The position numbers and the translations under genes are program-made. The notes below the pieces were generated by a model, which was given only the letters and a program-made list of their open reading frames with translations, was not told the DNA's origin and searched no databases. Below are positions 51,211 to 61,288 of a stretch of 64,000 nucleotides of DNA, piece by piece. How positions within the stretch are numbered: position 1 is the stretch's first letter; each line of letters begins with the position of its first letter. The stretch lies in sequence record ON540300.1; one strand, 5' to 3'. Origin of the DNA: Escherichia phage ECOH1.

Positions 51211-51954
51211 ATGAGTAATATTATCGCATTTACTGGAAAGGCACGTTCTGGAAAAGACACCTCATGTTCTATTGTGAAGAATATCTTAGAGGATGAGTAC
51301 GGCTACAATGTTGCAGTAATGGCCTATGCAGACAACCTTAAACTCTCTGCTTCAAAGATATTTGACCTGACTTGGAATGACCTGTACGGTGAAACTAAAG
51401 AGACTCCACAGGTTTTTGATTTATCATACTCTGAACTTATGCCTAAAGTTACGGAGGCTATCGAGTTCACCTTCAGAGATGAACGTTATCATATGGACTT
51501 TAAGCTTATGTCAGAGTTAACCGGACGATTAGTCATGGAGCTTAAGAAGGTCGCTAAACCGACTCTATTGACACGTCTAGGGTTTAGTAAAAAGTATAAA
51601 TTCTCATCAAGGCAAATTCAACAGATTTGGGGTACTGAAGTCATCCGTAAAGTTATGGGTGACAAATTCTGGGCTAAAGACCTTGAAAAACGAATGGCTC
51701 GCTTCTTTGAATCTTGTTCACTTATGAATCAAGAGGGTGTTGTTTTAATCAGTGACTTAAGGTTTGACTCTGAAGCGGAGTGGCTGAGTAGATTTGCACA
51801 CCAGACTATTGAAGTAAAAAGAGACAATGTGGATAAGGTTTCATCACATGTTTCAGAAAATGGGATTTCTACCAAATATGCGCGTGACATTATCCATAAT
51901 AATGGTACTCTTGCAGACCTTGAAAGTAAGCTAAGAGCTATCCTTAAAATTTAA
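51211..51954 (+). CDS. deoxynucleoside monophosphate kinase (T4 gp1-like)
   Basis: P-loop AFTGKARSGKDT closely resembles T4 dNMP kinase N-terminus (from memory). Confidence 0.7.
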   Translation: MSNIIAFTGKARSGKDTSCSIVKNILEDEYGYNVAVMAYADNLKLSASKIFDLTWNDLYGETKETPQVFDLSYSELMPKVTEAIEFTFRDERYHMDFKLMSELTGRLVMELKKVAKPTLLTRLGFSKKYKFSSRQIQQIWGTEVIRKVMGDKFWAKDLEKRMARFFESCSLMNQEGVVLISDLRFDSEAEWLSRFAHQTIEVKRDNVDKVSSHVSENGISTKYARDIIHNNGTLADLESKLRAILKI

Positions 51955-51962
51955 AAGAGAGC

Positions 51963-52163
51963 ATGAAGATGAGAGTAAAAGATAATTTCAAAGTTATTGA
52001 CCATCGTTTAGTGGAACTCTCATCTCTTTCCAATGAGGTAATGATTGAACGTCTTAAGAGAGTTGAATCACGAAGGAAAGAGATTGCAGATGAAATCCAT
52101 GAACTGGACAAGATTGAAAATGGATTGAAGGCAGAACTACAACGAAGAGGTGCTAATGTCTAA
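51963..52163 (+). CDS. small coiled-coil protein (66 aa)
   Basis: ORF track. Confidence 0.4.
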   Translation: MKMRVKDNFKVIDHRLVELSSLSNEVMIERLKRVESRRKEIADEIHELDKIENGLKAELQRRGANV

Positions 52164-54141
52164 AGGTCGTAAATTGAAAGAGGCTGGTCAGTTTGTTGGT
52201 CATTGTGCATGTCCACGTTGTGGTTCATCAGATGCTGGTTCAATCTACCACCATGACGATGATTCTTATTCGATGACTTGCTTTAGCTGTAACAAAGGTT
52301 TCCCAGAGTGGGATTTTGATAAAGGACAGATTGTGAGCACTTATTCTACTGGTTCAGATAATAAAAACCGTACTTTCCGTGGGATGGATTTAGACGATGT
52401 AAAAGAAAACCTTGAAGCAATGGACTTGAAAGACAGGAAGATTCCTGCAAAAGTTCTTGAACGCTTAGGTATCAAGGTCGACATTGACAGTGATGGTGAA
52501 ATTGATGCACATTTCTATCCGACTTACAAACGTAATGAAGATGGCAAGCTAGAACATGTTGGCTACCGTGTTCGTCACCGTTACCCAGAAGACCATCCAA
52601 AAGAACACCTACGTGGTAAGTTAAAAGACTTTTCAGGTGGTGTTGGAGACATTAAAGGTGAACTGGCAATGTTCGGTTCATGGATTGCTCCAGAAGGTGG
52701 CAACCGTCTATTCATCTGGGAAGGTGAGATGGAGTGTGCTACAGCAATCTACATGACTTCTCTGGCAATTAAAGACAAGTCTCGTCGTAAGAACTACTGT
52801 CACGTATCTGTTCCATCAGGTGCAAACATTAAGTCTATCAAAGACAACTATCAGTACATTACATCATTTGATGAGATTTACTTGTGCTTTGATAACGATG
52901 AAGCAGGTGCTAAAGCAACAAAAGAGGCTGCTGGCATCCTACCTATTGAGAAGGTTCGTTTATTCCAGTATCCAGAAGGTGTAAAAGACCTTAATGAATG
53001 GTGGACAAAGTTCTATAAAGAGAAAGACACAGTTCTGGAAGGATTTAAGCAGCGTATCTACAATGCACCTCGTTATTGCCCTGCTGGTATCAAGAACTTT
53101 GCAGATGGTTTTGAGGCAATGAAGAATCGTGGTCAGATTCCATTGATTCCTTTCCCAGAATCTTTCGGGGATTTGAACAGACTAACTTACGGTGGTTATG
53201 GTTTAGGAGAGATTACAACTCTGGCAGCACCATCTTCAGTAGGTAAATCAGCTTACACTCGTGAGATGATTTATTCAGCTTGGAAGGAAACCGATTACAA
53301 TATTGGTGTAATTCCGGTAGAAGATACTTACGAAGAACTTATGGAAATGCTCTGTGCAATCCACCTGAGCAAGCAGATTTCTGAGATTCCTTATGATGAA
53401 CGTGATTGGGATGAACTAAAGAGAGCACACGCAGAACTATCTAAAGGTCGTCGTATCCATATCGTTGACCATCAAGGGGCAATTGACCAAGATAACCTGC
53501 TGGAATTTGTTGACTATCTTGTTAATAGTTTAGACTGTAAGATTATCATTCTTGACCCTATTACGTTGGCTCTGTCACGTTCAGATACTGATGAAGAGGA
53601 AGTTTTGTCTGAGCTATTGCGTCGTTGCAAACGCTACCAGTATGCACAGGTAAACGTCTGTCACGTTCGTAAGAGTGCAGGTGGTCAGAAGGCTAACTCT
53701 GAAGGTGGGGATATCTCTGAAGAGGATATTAAAGGTTCTGGTGCGTATTTCCAGATTTCTATGAACAACATCCTGTTAATGCGTAACAAGGTTGACCCAG
53801 ACCCTGTTAAGAAAAACTTGACAAAAATCAAGCTAACTAAATGTCGTCGGCATGGTAAGTCAACGGGTATTGCTGGTCATACTTGGTACAATCCAGATAC
53901 AGGACGCCTCATCAAAGCATCTGGTTGTGGAGTTGACATTGATGGTGCAGCAGAAAATATTCGCCAACAGTTTGGTATTGGTGAAGTGGAAGACCATTAC
54001 GATGACTCTTTGCCACATTATGAGGATGAAGTGTTTGACCGTGAGACTGGTGAAGTCTATACTGAAGAGCAGCGTCAAAGCTCAACAATTCCACCTGTAT
54101 TAAGTGAGGATGCAGATGACTGCCCATTCGAAACTGAGTGA
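52150..54141 (+). CDS. bifunctional DNA primase/helicase (T7 gp4-like)
   Basis: N-terminal zinc ribbon CPRCGS...CFSCNKG, TOPRIM-like DNDEAG, Walker A AAPSSVGKSAYT. Confidence 0.8.
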   Translation: MLMSKGRKLKEAGQFVGHCACPRCGSSDAGSIYHHDDDSYSMTCFSCNKGFPEWDFDKGQIVSTYSTGSDNKNRTFRGMDLDDVKENLEAMDLKDRKIPAKVLERLGIKVDIDSDGEIDAHFYPTYKRNEDGKLEHVGYRVRHRYPEDHPKEHLRGKLKDFSGGVGDIKGELAMFGSWIAPEGGNRLFIWEGEMECATAIYMTSLAIKDKSRRKNYCHVSVPSGANIKSIKDNYQYITSFDEIYLCFDNDEAGAKATKEAAGILPIEKVRLFQYPEGVKDLNEWWTKFYKEKDTVLEGFKQRIYNAPRYCPAGIKNFADGFEAMKNRGQIPLIPFPESFGDLNRLTYGGYGLGEITTLAAPSSVGKSAYTREMIYSAWKETDYNIGVIPVEDTYEELMEMLCAIHLSKQISEIPYDERDWDELKRAHAELSKGRRIHIVDHQGAIDQDNLLEFVDYLVNSLDCKIIILDPITLALSRSDTDEEEVLSELLRRCKRYQYAQVNVCHVRKSAGGQKANSEGGDISEEDIKGSGAYFQISMNNILLMRNKVDPDPVKKNLTKIKLTKCRRHGKSTGIAGHTWYNPDTGRLIKASGCGVDIDGAAENIRQQFGIGEVEDHYDDSLPHYEDEVFDRETGEVYTEEQRQSSTIPPVLSEDADDCPFETE

Positions 54142-54211
54142 TAGTTATAAAAGAGAGGGGTTCATACCCTTCTTTGAAGAAAAAAGTTTAAATAAATTTC
54201 AGGAAGAGTGT

Positions 54212-54240
54212 TTGACAAAGATTGATAGGTTCTATAGAAT
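54212..54240 (+). promoter_or_regulatory. sigma70-like promoter
   Basis: TTGACA 54212-54217, 17-nt spacer, TAGAAT 54235-54240. Confidence 0.55.
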
Positions 54241-54247
54241 GCTCCTC

Positions 54248-54397
54248 ATGAAATGTGATGGGGAGGTTGCTATAAAAGAAGATTCCTACCAAAGCACGAT
54301 TACAGTCATCATTACACTGCCTCAGCATAATATTAGTTGGCTGTTTATAATTAAAGAAAATGTGTTTGAATATCAAGTATATCGGAGAATACCATGA
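54248..54397 (+). CDS. small protein (49 aa), possibly leaderless
   Basis: ATG 8 nt after promoter -10; ATGA overlap with next small ORF. Confidence 0.35.
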   Translation: MKCDGEVAIKEDSYQSTITVIITLPQHNISWLFIIKENVFEYQVYRRIP

Positions 54398-54543
54398 AAC
54401 ACTCTAAAGCATTTGAAAAAGTTTTTGGGGATTCCTTAAAAGCCACTGCTGGAAAACCAGCAAAATACTATGAAGAAAAACGTGTAAGAACTGGAAAAAC
54501 TGCACGTAAAGCAGCTTCTAAAGATAAGCACAACTTCCAGTAA
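54394..54543 (+). CDS. small lysine-rich protein (49 aa)
   Basis: GGAGA RBS; translation MKHSKAFEKVFGDSLKATAGKPAKYYEEKRVRTGKTARKAASKDKHNFQ; below track size cut-off. Confidence 0.4.
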   Translation: MKHSKAFEKVFGDSLKATAGKPAKYYEEKRVRTGKTARKAASKDKHNFQ

Positions 54544-54550
54544 TTAGTAT

Positions 54551-54579
54551 TTGACAATAGAGTATCAACAAACTAGAAT
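54551..54579 (+). promoter_or_regulatory. sigma70-like promoter upstream of SSB gene
   Basis: TTGACA 54551-54556, 17-nt spacer, TAGAAT 54574-54579. Confidence 0.55.
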
Positions 54580-54615
54580 TGGTACTCTTCATAAATTGAG
54601 ATAGAGGTTTAAATA

Positions 54616-55473
54616 ATGTCTAAAGTTGTTAAAATGAAAGCTCCGGTAGAGAAATACAATGGTACTGAACGCCAAACTCTGCGATACCTGCTGAAAGATG
54701 TCTGGTTTTATTACCTGAACACTTCACCACGTCCGGGAAAAGGTAAGTCTATTGATAAGAAATTCCCAGGCAAAGACTGTAACTACAGCGTATCAATTCT
54801 GGCAGAAGACGGTAACAAGCTGTTTAAAGAATTTACTAAGTCTAAGAAAAACCCAGAAGGTTGGGATAAAGTTACTACTGAAGCAGTTGATGCAGATGAC
54901 TTCGAAGAGAAGTTTGGTTGCAAACCACCATTTGAAGCAGATACTTACTACATCTTGAAAGTAAGTCGTGCAGCAGCTTATAAAGATGGTGCTGTATGGA
55001 CAGCTAAACAGTCATTCCCTGTAATGCTGATTGAAGAAGTAAATGGTAAGCGTGTAGCTGTTAAGCAGCCGATGAAGAAAATCAAAGCTCAAGCATCTGA
55101 TAAACATGAAGATGACAAGAACTATGATGTAATTCATCCAGATATTGCAGTTGGTAACGGTTCTTTTGGTAGCGTGATTCTTTCTACTCACTTCTACACT
55201 TTTGAGAACAATGTTCTGACAAAACCTATTCAGGAACAGTTTATCATTGATACTCTTGTACCTTACACTGGTGGTAACGGTGCTAACGGAGAACCTGAAC
55301 TGGATGAAGACGAACTGGCTATGCTTGGTCTTGATGGTGTCGAAGATAACGGTGAAATCACTGAAGAAGACGCAACAGACCATAAATCTTCGAATGATTC
55401 TGATGATGGTGATGATGAAGATTTGCCAGACCCAGATGACGAAGAAGATGAAGACTTCGATACAGAAGATTAA
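54616..55473 (+). CDS. single-stranded DNA-binding protein with acidic C-terminal tail
   Basis: C-terminus DSDDGDDEDLPDPDDEEDEDFDTED; between helicase and exonuclease. Confidence 0.65.
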   Translation: MSKVVKMKAPVEKYNGTERQTLRYLLKDVWFYYLNTSPRPGKGKSIDKKFPGKDCNYSVSILAEDGNKLFKEFTKSKKNPEGWDKVTTEAVDADDFEEKFGCKPPFEADTYYILKVSRAAAYKDGAVWTAKQSFPVMLIEEVNGKRVAVKQPMKKIKAQASDKHEDDKNYDVIHPDIAVGNGSFGSVILSTHFYTFENNVLTKPIQEQFIIDTLVPYTGGNGANGEPELDEDELAMLGLDGVEDNGEITEEDATDHKSSNDSDDGDDEDLPDPDDEEDEDFDTED

Positions 55474-55488
55474 TCTCTAAAGTTACTT

Positions 55489-55519
55489 TAAAGCCCTGTA
55501 CTCCGTATGGGGCTTTTTC
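55489..55519 (+). terminator. Rho-independent terminator
   Basis: AAGCCC...GGGGCTT hairpin then TTTTT. Confidence 0.55.
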
Positions 55520-55534
55520 ATATGGAGAGCCATA

Positions 55535-56575
55535 ATGGAGAAGTACACATTAACAAAACTTCCCGATTCAGTTACACATGTTTTTATTGACTCTGACAGT
55601 ATTGCCTATAAAGGTGCTTGTGTAGTTGAGAAAGCAAAGTATAAATATGTCAATAAACTCACAGCAGAAGAGTCTGAGCCATTTGATAATGCGAAAGATG
55701 CTGCAAGATGGTTAGCAGACCAGAGAATCCTTGTGGAAGAGCTTGGCCTGACATTTGATGAAGATGAATGGGAAAGACAGACTTGGAAAGAAGCTAAGAG
55801 TGAAAAAGAAGCTATCATGGCTACTCAACAGGTGCTTCAGGAATGGCTTAAGGTTGTTGGTAAAGAGAGAACTTGGGTAGGTTACTTAACAGAGAAAGGT
55901 GTGCATAAACACAAAGACATTAAAGGTCTTGAGCACCAATATCAAGGTAACCGCAAAGATGCTGTCACACCAACACACTTAGTTGCTTGTCGTGAGTATC
56001 TTCTGTCAAGACCAGAGTTCAAGCTGATTCTTGATGGATTTGAAGCTGACTCTATCGTAATTGCTAAAGCTGAAAAGATGGGTAAAAAGGCTGCCTTAAT
56101 GAGTATTGATAAAGACCTTCGACAAGCTGAAGGTACTTACTGCATTGACATGACCTATGAAAAATCACCTTTAATTTTTATTGCTGATAACAATGTTGGT
56201 GAAATCTGGGATTGTCCAATAAAATCGACACCAAAAGCTAAGAAGACAGTTGGGGTAGGTTTTAAATTTCTTTGTTACCAAGCTGTGGCTGGTGATAATG
56301 CTGATAATTATTTTGGTTTAAAGGGCGTTGGTAAGGCTACTGTAATGAAAGCCCTTGAAGGGAAAACAACTTACAAAGAGTGTCTTGATGCTATCTATGA
56401 ACTTTATGCTAAGAAAGAGTCATACACTTATGTCTCGTGGGATGGTCAAACAATTACCAGAACACCTTTAGAGTTAATGCAGCAACACTTTTTCTTAGCT
56501 TATCAGGAAAGAAACAAGAAAGATGATTTCACTTTTAAGAAATATAATTGGGAGCCTTGTATGAATGAAGATTAA
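55535..56575 (+). CDS. 5'-3' exonuclease / flap endonuclease (FEN family)
   Basis: H3TH-type motif AGDNADNYFGLKGVGKATVMKAL; N-terminal acidic cluster FIDSDSIAY. Confidence 0.75.
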   Translation: MEKYTLTKLPDSVTHVFIDSDSIAYKGACVVEKAKYKYVNKLTAEESEPFDNAKDAARWLADQRILVEELGLTFDEDEWERQTWKEAKSEKEAIMATQQVLQEWLKVVGKERTWVGYLTEKGVHKHKDIKGLEHQYQGNRKDAVTPTHLVACREYLLSRPEFKLILDGFEADSIVIAKAEKMGKKAALMSIDKDLRQAEGTYCIDMTYEKSPLIFIADNNVGEIWDCPIKSTPKAKKTVGVGFKFLCYQAVAGDNADNYFGLKGVGKATVMKALEGKTTYKECLDAIYELYAKKESYTYVSWDGQTITRTPLELMQQHFFLAYQERNKKDDFTFKKYNWEPCMNED

Positions 56576-57062
56576 AGGATTTGGTAATTGCCCCACCTAT
56601 GGTCATTGGGTATCTTTATGTGGGGAAGTTGACCCCACTAAACATTTTGGTTTTGTCTATTTAGTACACTGTAAGAAAACCGGACAATATTATATAGGAA
56701 GGAAACAGTTTAACAGTGTTACCAAAAGAAAAGTTGCTGGAAAGACTCGGAAGAAGGTAGTCACTAAGGAGAGTGATTGGATGACTTATGAGACTTCTTC
56801 TGAGTATATTAAAAAAGATATTGAGAGCTTTGGAAAAGAATTTTTTGACTTTTACATCATTCAAACCTACTACACAAAAGGTGGCCTAGTCTATGGTGAA
56901 GCAAACCTTCAACATAAATTCGATGTAATGACAAAAAGGATTGACTCGAAGCTCAGACTCTTCTACAATGCCAATATTGCAGCAATTAAGTTTATTACTA
57001 AAGAAACTTATGAAGATGCTGAAAAAAGAATCCATAAGGTAATGAAAGCAAATTGTGCTTGA
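56565..57062 (+). CDS. GIY-YIG domain protein
   Basis: GFVYLVHCKKTGQYYIGRK resembles GIY-(10-11)-YIG motif. Confidence 0.55.
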   Translation: MKIKGFGNCPTYGHWVSLCGEVDPTKHFGFVYLVHCKKTGQYYIGRKQFNSVTKRKVAGKTRKKVVTKESDWMTYETSSEYIKKDIESFGKEFFDFYIIQTYYTKGGLVYGEANLQHKFDVMTKRIDSKLRLFYNANIAAIKFITKETYEDAEKRIHKVMKANCA

Positions 57063-57068
57063 TAACTA

Positions 57069-57314
57069 TTGAGAGAGAATAAAATGTTTAACAAAAGTAA
57101 AGCTGTGAGCCATGTAGCAAAAGTTGACAGCAAGATTGAAGAACTTGAGCGCATTCTTGCAAATGCCAGAGAGTCAATAATTAAAGAAGTTGAAGCTGTT
57201 GAATCTCAAATGCAGCACCTAATGCTTAAACGTCAAGAGTTACGTGAGCATCTGGAATATATTGAAACACGAGAGCTAAAAGTTAACAGATTTTTAAGGA
57301 GCCAAAATGTTTAA
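57069..57314 (+). CDS. small coiled-coil protein (81 aa)
   Basis: ORF track. Confidence 0.4.
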   Translation: MRENKMFNKSKAVSHVAKVDSKIEELERILANARESIIKEVEAVESQMQHLMLKRQELREHLEYIETRELKVNRFLRSQNV

Positions 57315-58062
57315 CTCAAGAGAGTCAGTAAAAAACTGGAACCTTCGTTGTGGAAACACTCAAAAGCAACCTTACAGTGATGAGTATTGGGAATCTTTAA
57401 AATCTCAATCTCTGTGTATGCTTGAAGAAGCAAAAGAGCTTGTAAAAGCAATTGAAGAGAAAGACCCCATTGAGACACTGGATGCTCAGGCAGATTTGCA
57501 ATATGTTCTTGATGGCTTGATTTATCTGTCACAACATGACCATAATGGCGCTATGAAAGCTGTTTGCCATAATAATGACCTGAAGTACACAGACGACTAT
57601 GAAGAAGCTTTAAAACGTCTTGCAGATATTGAGAAGCGTACTGGTCAAGAGTGTATCATCAGAATGTCAGTAGTTGATGGTAAAGAATGGTATGCAATTG
57701 TTCGTGCAGCCGATGGGAAGATTATGAAGCAATCTAATCTCCCTAAAGTTCAGCTTGGTGAATACATTGTAGAACTTGAAAGCCAAGAACTTTTTGTGGT
57801 AGTATCTGACACATGCGTTATCTGCAAAGGTATTGTATGTAGCTTAAAGGATTTGGGTGTAGATGGTTTTGTAGAAGTTAATCCAATTACCTCTAAAGCA
57901 GATAAAGATTTCTGTAAAGAGAATGGACTATGGATTGCAGATATTGTCTACTATGATGGTGAGCAGTTCCATGTAACCTCATACCCGAAACTGAATTATG
58001 ATGCTAATAACCTGAAGTGCTGGTTAAAAGGGGTTGGTTATAATGGATTCACAGAACATTAA
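57307..58062 (+). CDS. MazG-like NTP pyrophosphohydrolase domain fused to Cys-containing C-terminal domain
   Basis: N-terminal EEAKELVKAIEEKD...LDAQADLQYVLDGLIYL resembles all-alpha MazG/HisE fold motifs. Confidence 0.5.
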   Translation: MFNSRESVKNWNLRCGNTQKQPYSDEYWESLKSQSLCMLEEAKELVKAIEEKDPIETLDAQADLQYVLDGLIYLSQHDHNGAMKAVCHNNDLKYTDDYEEALKRLADIEKRTGQECIIRMSVVDGKEWYAIVRAADGKIMKQSNLPKVQLGEYIVELESQELFVVVSDTCVICKGIVCSLKDLGVDGFVEVNPITSKADKDFCKENGLWIADIVYYDGEQFHVTSYPKLNYDANNLKCWLKGVGYNGFTEH

Positions 58063-58366
58063 TAAAGAAGGTGTGGCTCAGAAGAGCCACTTCTCAAACT
58101 ACAATATTTCTATGACGGTGTTTATGAATGACCCGTTACTTGAGAAGTATGGTGAGACTCCAGATACACTTCTGGATAATGAACAAGTTTTAAAAGCAGT
58201 CCTGTACAAATACGGGATTGATATTGAGAAAGAGTATTCTTTTGAAATCTGTCAACACAGGAATACTTTTGGTAAAGTTGTAATGGCTCCACTCTTCATG
58301 GGTGTAGAAAGGACTGACTATGGTTGGTTATATCTAAAAAGAAACTTGGAGAAATACCGTGTCTAA
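58034..58366 (+). CDS. hypothetical protein (110 aa)
   Basis: ORF track. Confidence 0.45.
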   Translation: MVIMDSQNINKEGVAQKSHFSNYNISMTVFMNDPLLEKYGETPDTLLDNEQVLKAVLYKYGIDIEKEYSFEICQHRNTFGKVVMAPLFMGVERTDYGWLYLKRNLEKYRV

Positions 58367-58694
58367 AGCAAAAAAGTTATCTTATGATGACATTATCTCA
58401 GGTGCTAAATTAGGTGTTGATAGTATCGGACAAGATGTTAAGCACGGAGACACAGTTATGTACTGTGACGACCGAAGAGGCAGAAGTCCAATCTTGTTTG
58501 GAAGAGTTGTTTGCAAGATGCGAGGTAATTATGTTGTTTCAGATATGGATGTCAACGTCGCACAAAAGCTCAAAACAATCATGGATAGCAAGATTTCATC
58601 ATGGCTCTTAAATTGTATGCACGCATCGTCAATCACAAAGGTAAGTGATAAGTTTTACGATATGTGGCAGAATGAGCAAATTTTCAAGATTTAA
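58359..58694 (+). CDS. hypothetical protein (111 aa)
   Basis: ORF track. Confidence 0.45.
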   Translation: MSKAKKLSYDDIISGAKLGVDSIGQDVKHGDTVMYCDDRRGRSPILFGRVVCKMRGNYVVSDMDVNVAQKLKTIMDSKISSWLLNCMHASSITKVSDKFYDMWQNEQIFKI

Positions 58695-58698
58695 ACTA

Positions 58699-58724
58699 GG
58701 GAGCCTCTTCGGAGGCTCTTTTCA
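58699..58724 (+). terminator. Rho-independent terminator with UUCG tetraloop
   Basis: GAGCCTC-ttcg-GAGGCTC then TTTTC. Confidence 0.65.
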
Positions 58725-58740
58725 TCTGTAGGATTTAAAA

Positions 58741-60975
58741 ATGATTAAGACAATTAAAAAATCAAACGGTACAGTAGTAAGCTTTGACCCAGAAAGACTG
58801 AATAAATGGGCATCATGGGCAGATAAGCGTGGAATTATCTGGTCAGAAGTCACTATGGAAGCTATGAAACGTGTCTATGAAGGTTGCACCACAAAAGAGA
58901 TGCACCAAGCCATGATTGATGTTTGTGTTGATAAGCAAACTCAAGAGTACTCAGATATGGCTGGACGGCTACTTCTGGGAATTATCTACAAAGAAGCCTT
59001 TGGAGGTTTTACTAAGGTTCCTACGCTGGTTACCTTCGTTAAAAATATGGAGAGAGCAGGACTTTGGGAGAAGATGGATTATTCACAGGAAGAGCTTGAA
59101 TACCTGCAAGGTTACATCGTGCACTCAAAAGATATCTCTTACGGTTATGCAGTCTTGAAACAGTTCAGAGACAAGTATGGTATCCGTGATATTAAAACTG
59201 GAAGGCTTTTTGAGTCACCTCAATTTATGTTTATGGGTATGGCTATGAAAGCCTTTGAGAAGCAACCAAAGCACCGTAGACTGCAAGATGTTATCAAGCT
59301 GTACACTTACCTATCTGACCTGAAGATTAACGCTCCTACGCCTTATTTAAACGGTTTAAGAGCAACTAAATCAGGCTATGCGTCATGCTGTTTGATTAAG
59401 GCAAATGATACTGCTGAATCACTTGGTATTGCTGCAAAGGTTGCTTATGACATGACTACAAAGCAAGCTGGTATTGGTATGTTGATGGAGACTCGCACTA
59501 TTGGTGATGGTATCCGTCAAAATACTATTGAGCACATGGGTAAGCTACCTTATTACAAGCTTGTACGTTCATCTGTAGAGGCAAACAAACAGAAGAGTCG
59601 TGGTGGTTCAGCTAATAACTTCTACACTGCTCTAGACCCGCAGATTGAAGATTTACTGCGTTTGAAGCACCCTACAACGGTTCCTTCTAAACGTATTAAT
59701 GAGATGGACTACTCATTCGGTACAAACGATTATTTCTGGCAGTGTGTTCAGTATGATACAGATTGGTTGCTATTCTCTTACAAAGATGCACCAAAACTCT
59801 ATGACATGTTCTACACAGCATCTGCTGATGAGTTTGCTATGGCAGTTGGTCATGCAGTACATTCAGGTGTTAAACACAGACGAGTCAAGGCTCGTGAAAT
59901 TGCTAAGCTGTTTATTCAACAGCGTTATGCTACAGGTCGTGTGTATCCATTCTTCACTAACAATGCAAACACACATACACCATTTAAAGAGCCTTTGAAG
60001 ATGTCAAATCTTTGCATGGAAATTGTGTTGCCAGTGTACGGCTTTGAGAAAGAGACAGACCTTTACAGAGACGATGCTGTGAAGGAGGATGGTGAGGTAG
60101 CTCTTTGCTTCCTAGCTAGTTTGGTTGCAGGGAGAATTTCAGAAGATGAATACGCTGACGTTGCTTATTATGCTCTTGCAATGGTTGACTCCGTTATTGA
60201 CCTTATGGATTATCCGTATCCGTCGATGCGTAACCATGTTCAGAAGCGTCGCTCTGTTGGCATTGGCCTTACAAATGTGGCTCATTACCTTGCGAAGAAC
60301 TACGTGAACTACTCTTCACGAGCAGGTAAAACGAAACTTCATGAACTTGCAGAGATGCACTCTTACTATCTGCATGAAGCCTCTCTGAGACTTGCTAAAG
60401 AGCGTGGCGTTCCAGAGTACATGAAGTTCACTAAGTATCCTGAAGGCTGGGTTCCTCCAAAGACAGCTAACAAGAAGATTGATGAAAAGCATGATGCAAA
60501 ACTACGATATGATTGGGATGACTTAGCACAACGTATCAAAGAAAATGGTGGAATCCGAAACTCTGTATTAGAAGCTTACATGCCTAATGAGAGTTCTTCA
60601 CTAGCAACTAATACGACAAATGGCTTGTACCCAATTCGTGACTTTATTTTAACTAAAAAGTCTGCAACTGGTAACGTACTGTTTATTGTTCCAGATTATG
60701 AAGAACTGAAGTATGTCTATGAAATTGCTTGGGATATTGACACCTTTGATATGATTGATTGTTATGCAATTGTTCAAAAGTTCACTGGTCAGGCTATCTC
60801 TTCAGACTTCTATGTTGACTATGCAAAGTCTAAGAAGGTATCATTGGCTCAAGCTTTGAAGTACATGATTTATGCCAACTCGGTAGGTATGAAAACCATG
60901 TACTACCTTAACAGTCGCATTGGTGTAGGTAAATCTGCACTGCAAGATGCTTATTGCGAGGGTTGTGGTGTTTAG
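58741..60975 (+). CDS. nrdA: ribonucleotide reductase class I alpha subunit
   Basis: Active-site SNLCMEIVLP region; C-terminal CEGCGV cysteine pair; 744 aa. Confidence 0.85.
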   Translation: MIKTIKKSNGTVVSFDPERLNKWASWADKRGIIWSEVTMEAMKRVYEGCTTKEMHQAMIDVCVDKQTQEYSDMAGRLLLGIIYKEAFGGFTKVPTLVTFVKNMERAGLWEKMDYSQEELEYLQGYIVHSKDISYGYAVLKQFRDKYGIRDIKTGRLFESPQFMFMGMAMKAFEKQPKHRRLQDVIKLYTYLSDLKINAPTPYLNGLRATKSGYASCCLIKANDTAESLGIAAKVAYDMTTKQAGIGMLMETRTIGDGIRQNTIEHMGKLPYYKLVRSSVEANKQKSRGGSANNFYTALDPQIEDLLRLKHPTTVPSKRINEMDYSFGTNDYFWQCVQYDTDWLLFSYKDAPKLYDMFYTASADEFAMAVGHAVHSGVKHRRVKAREIAKLFIQQRYATGRVYPFFTNNANTHTPFKEPLKMSNLCMEIVLPVYGFEKETDLYRDDAVKEDGEVALCFLASLVAGRISEDEYADVAYYALAMVDSVIDLMDYPYPSMRNHVQKRRSVGIGLTNVAHYLAKNYVNYSSRAGKTKLHELAEMHSYYLHEASLRLAKERGVPEYMKFTKYPEGWVPPKTANKKIDEKHDAKLRYDWDDLAQRIKENGGIRNSVLEAYMPNESSSLATNTTNGLYPIRDFILTKKSATGNVLFIVPDYEELKYVYEIAWDIDTFDMIDCYAIVQKFTGQAISSDFYVDYAKSKKVSLAQALKYMIYANSVGMKTMYYLNSRIGVGKSALQDAYCEGCGV

Positions 60976-61030
60976 TTTTAACAACTATGAGGGTCGTAAA
61001 AGACCCTCTAAAAATAACTTTGGAGAGACC

Positions 61031-61288
61031 ATGAAAGATTTAATAGAAAAACATGAGCGACCTATATACTTGCTCCATAAGCCTCGGAAAACGATGTACT
61101 ATGTGAGTAGCACAGACATGATGATAAAACAAAATGATGACTCATGGGTCGATGGCGTCTCTTACATCTTTACAGCAGATGGTAAAATCTACGCAAGACC
61201 TTATGAGATGTTTAACAAAGAAAACTGGGAAGTTTTAGACAGAAAACAAGCCCTAGAAATGATAAAGAAAGGAGAAATCACGCTATGA
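61031..61288 (+). CDS. small protein between nrdA and nrdB (85 aa)
   Basis: ATG 61031 with GGAGAG RBS, in frame with track ORF 60947..61288. Confidence 0.45.
   Translation: MKDLIEKHERPIYLLHKPRKTMYYVSSTDMMIKQNDDSWVDGVSYIFTADGKIYARPYEMFNKENWEVLDRKQALEMIKKGEITL

Noticed and set aside
54104-54397. 97-aa ORF overlapping the end of the primase-helicase gene
   Set aside because: Its 5' half overlaps the helicase 3' end and contains a promoter; only the last 49 codons (54248..54397) after that promoter are kept as a low-confidence small CDS.
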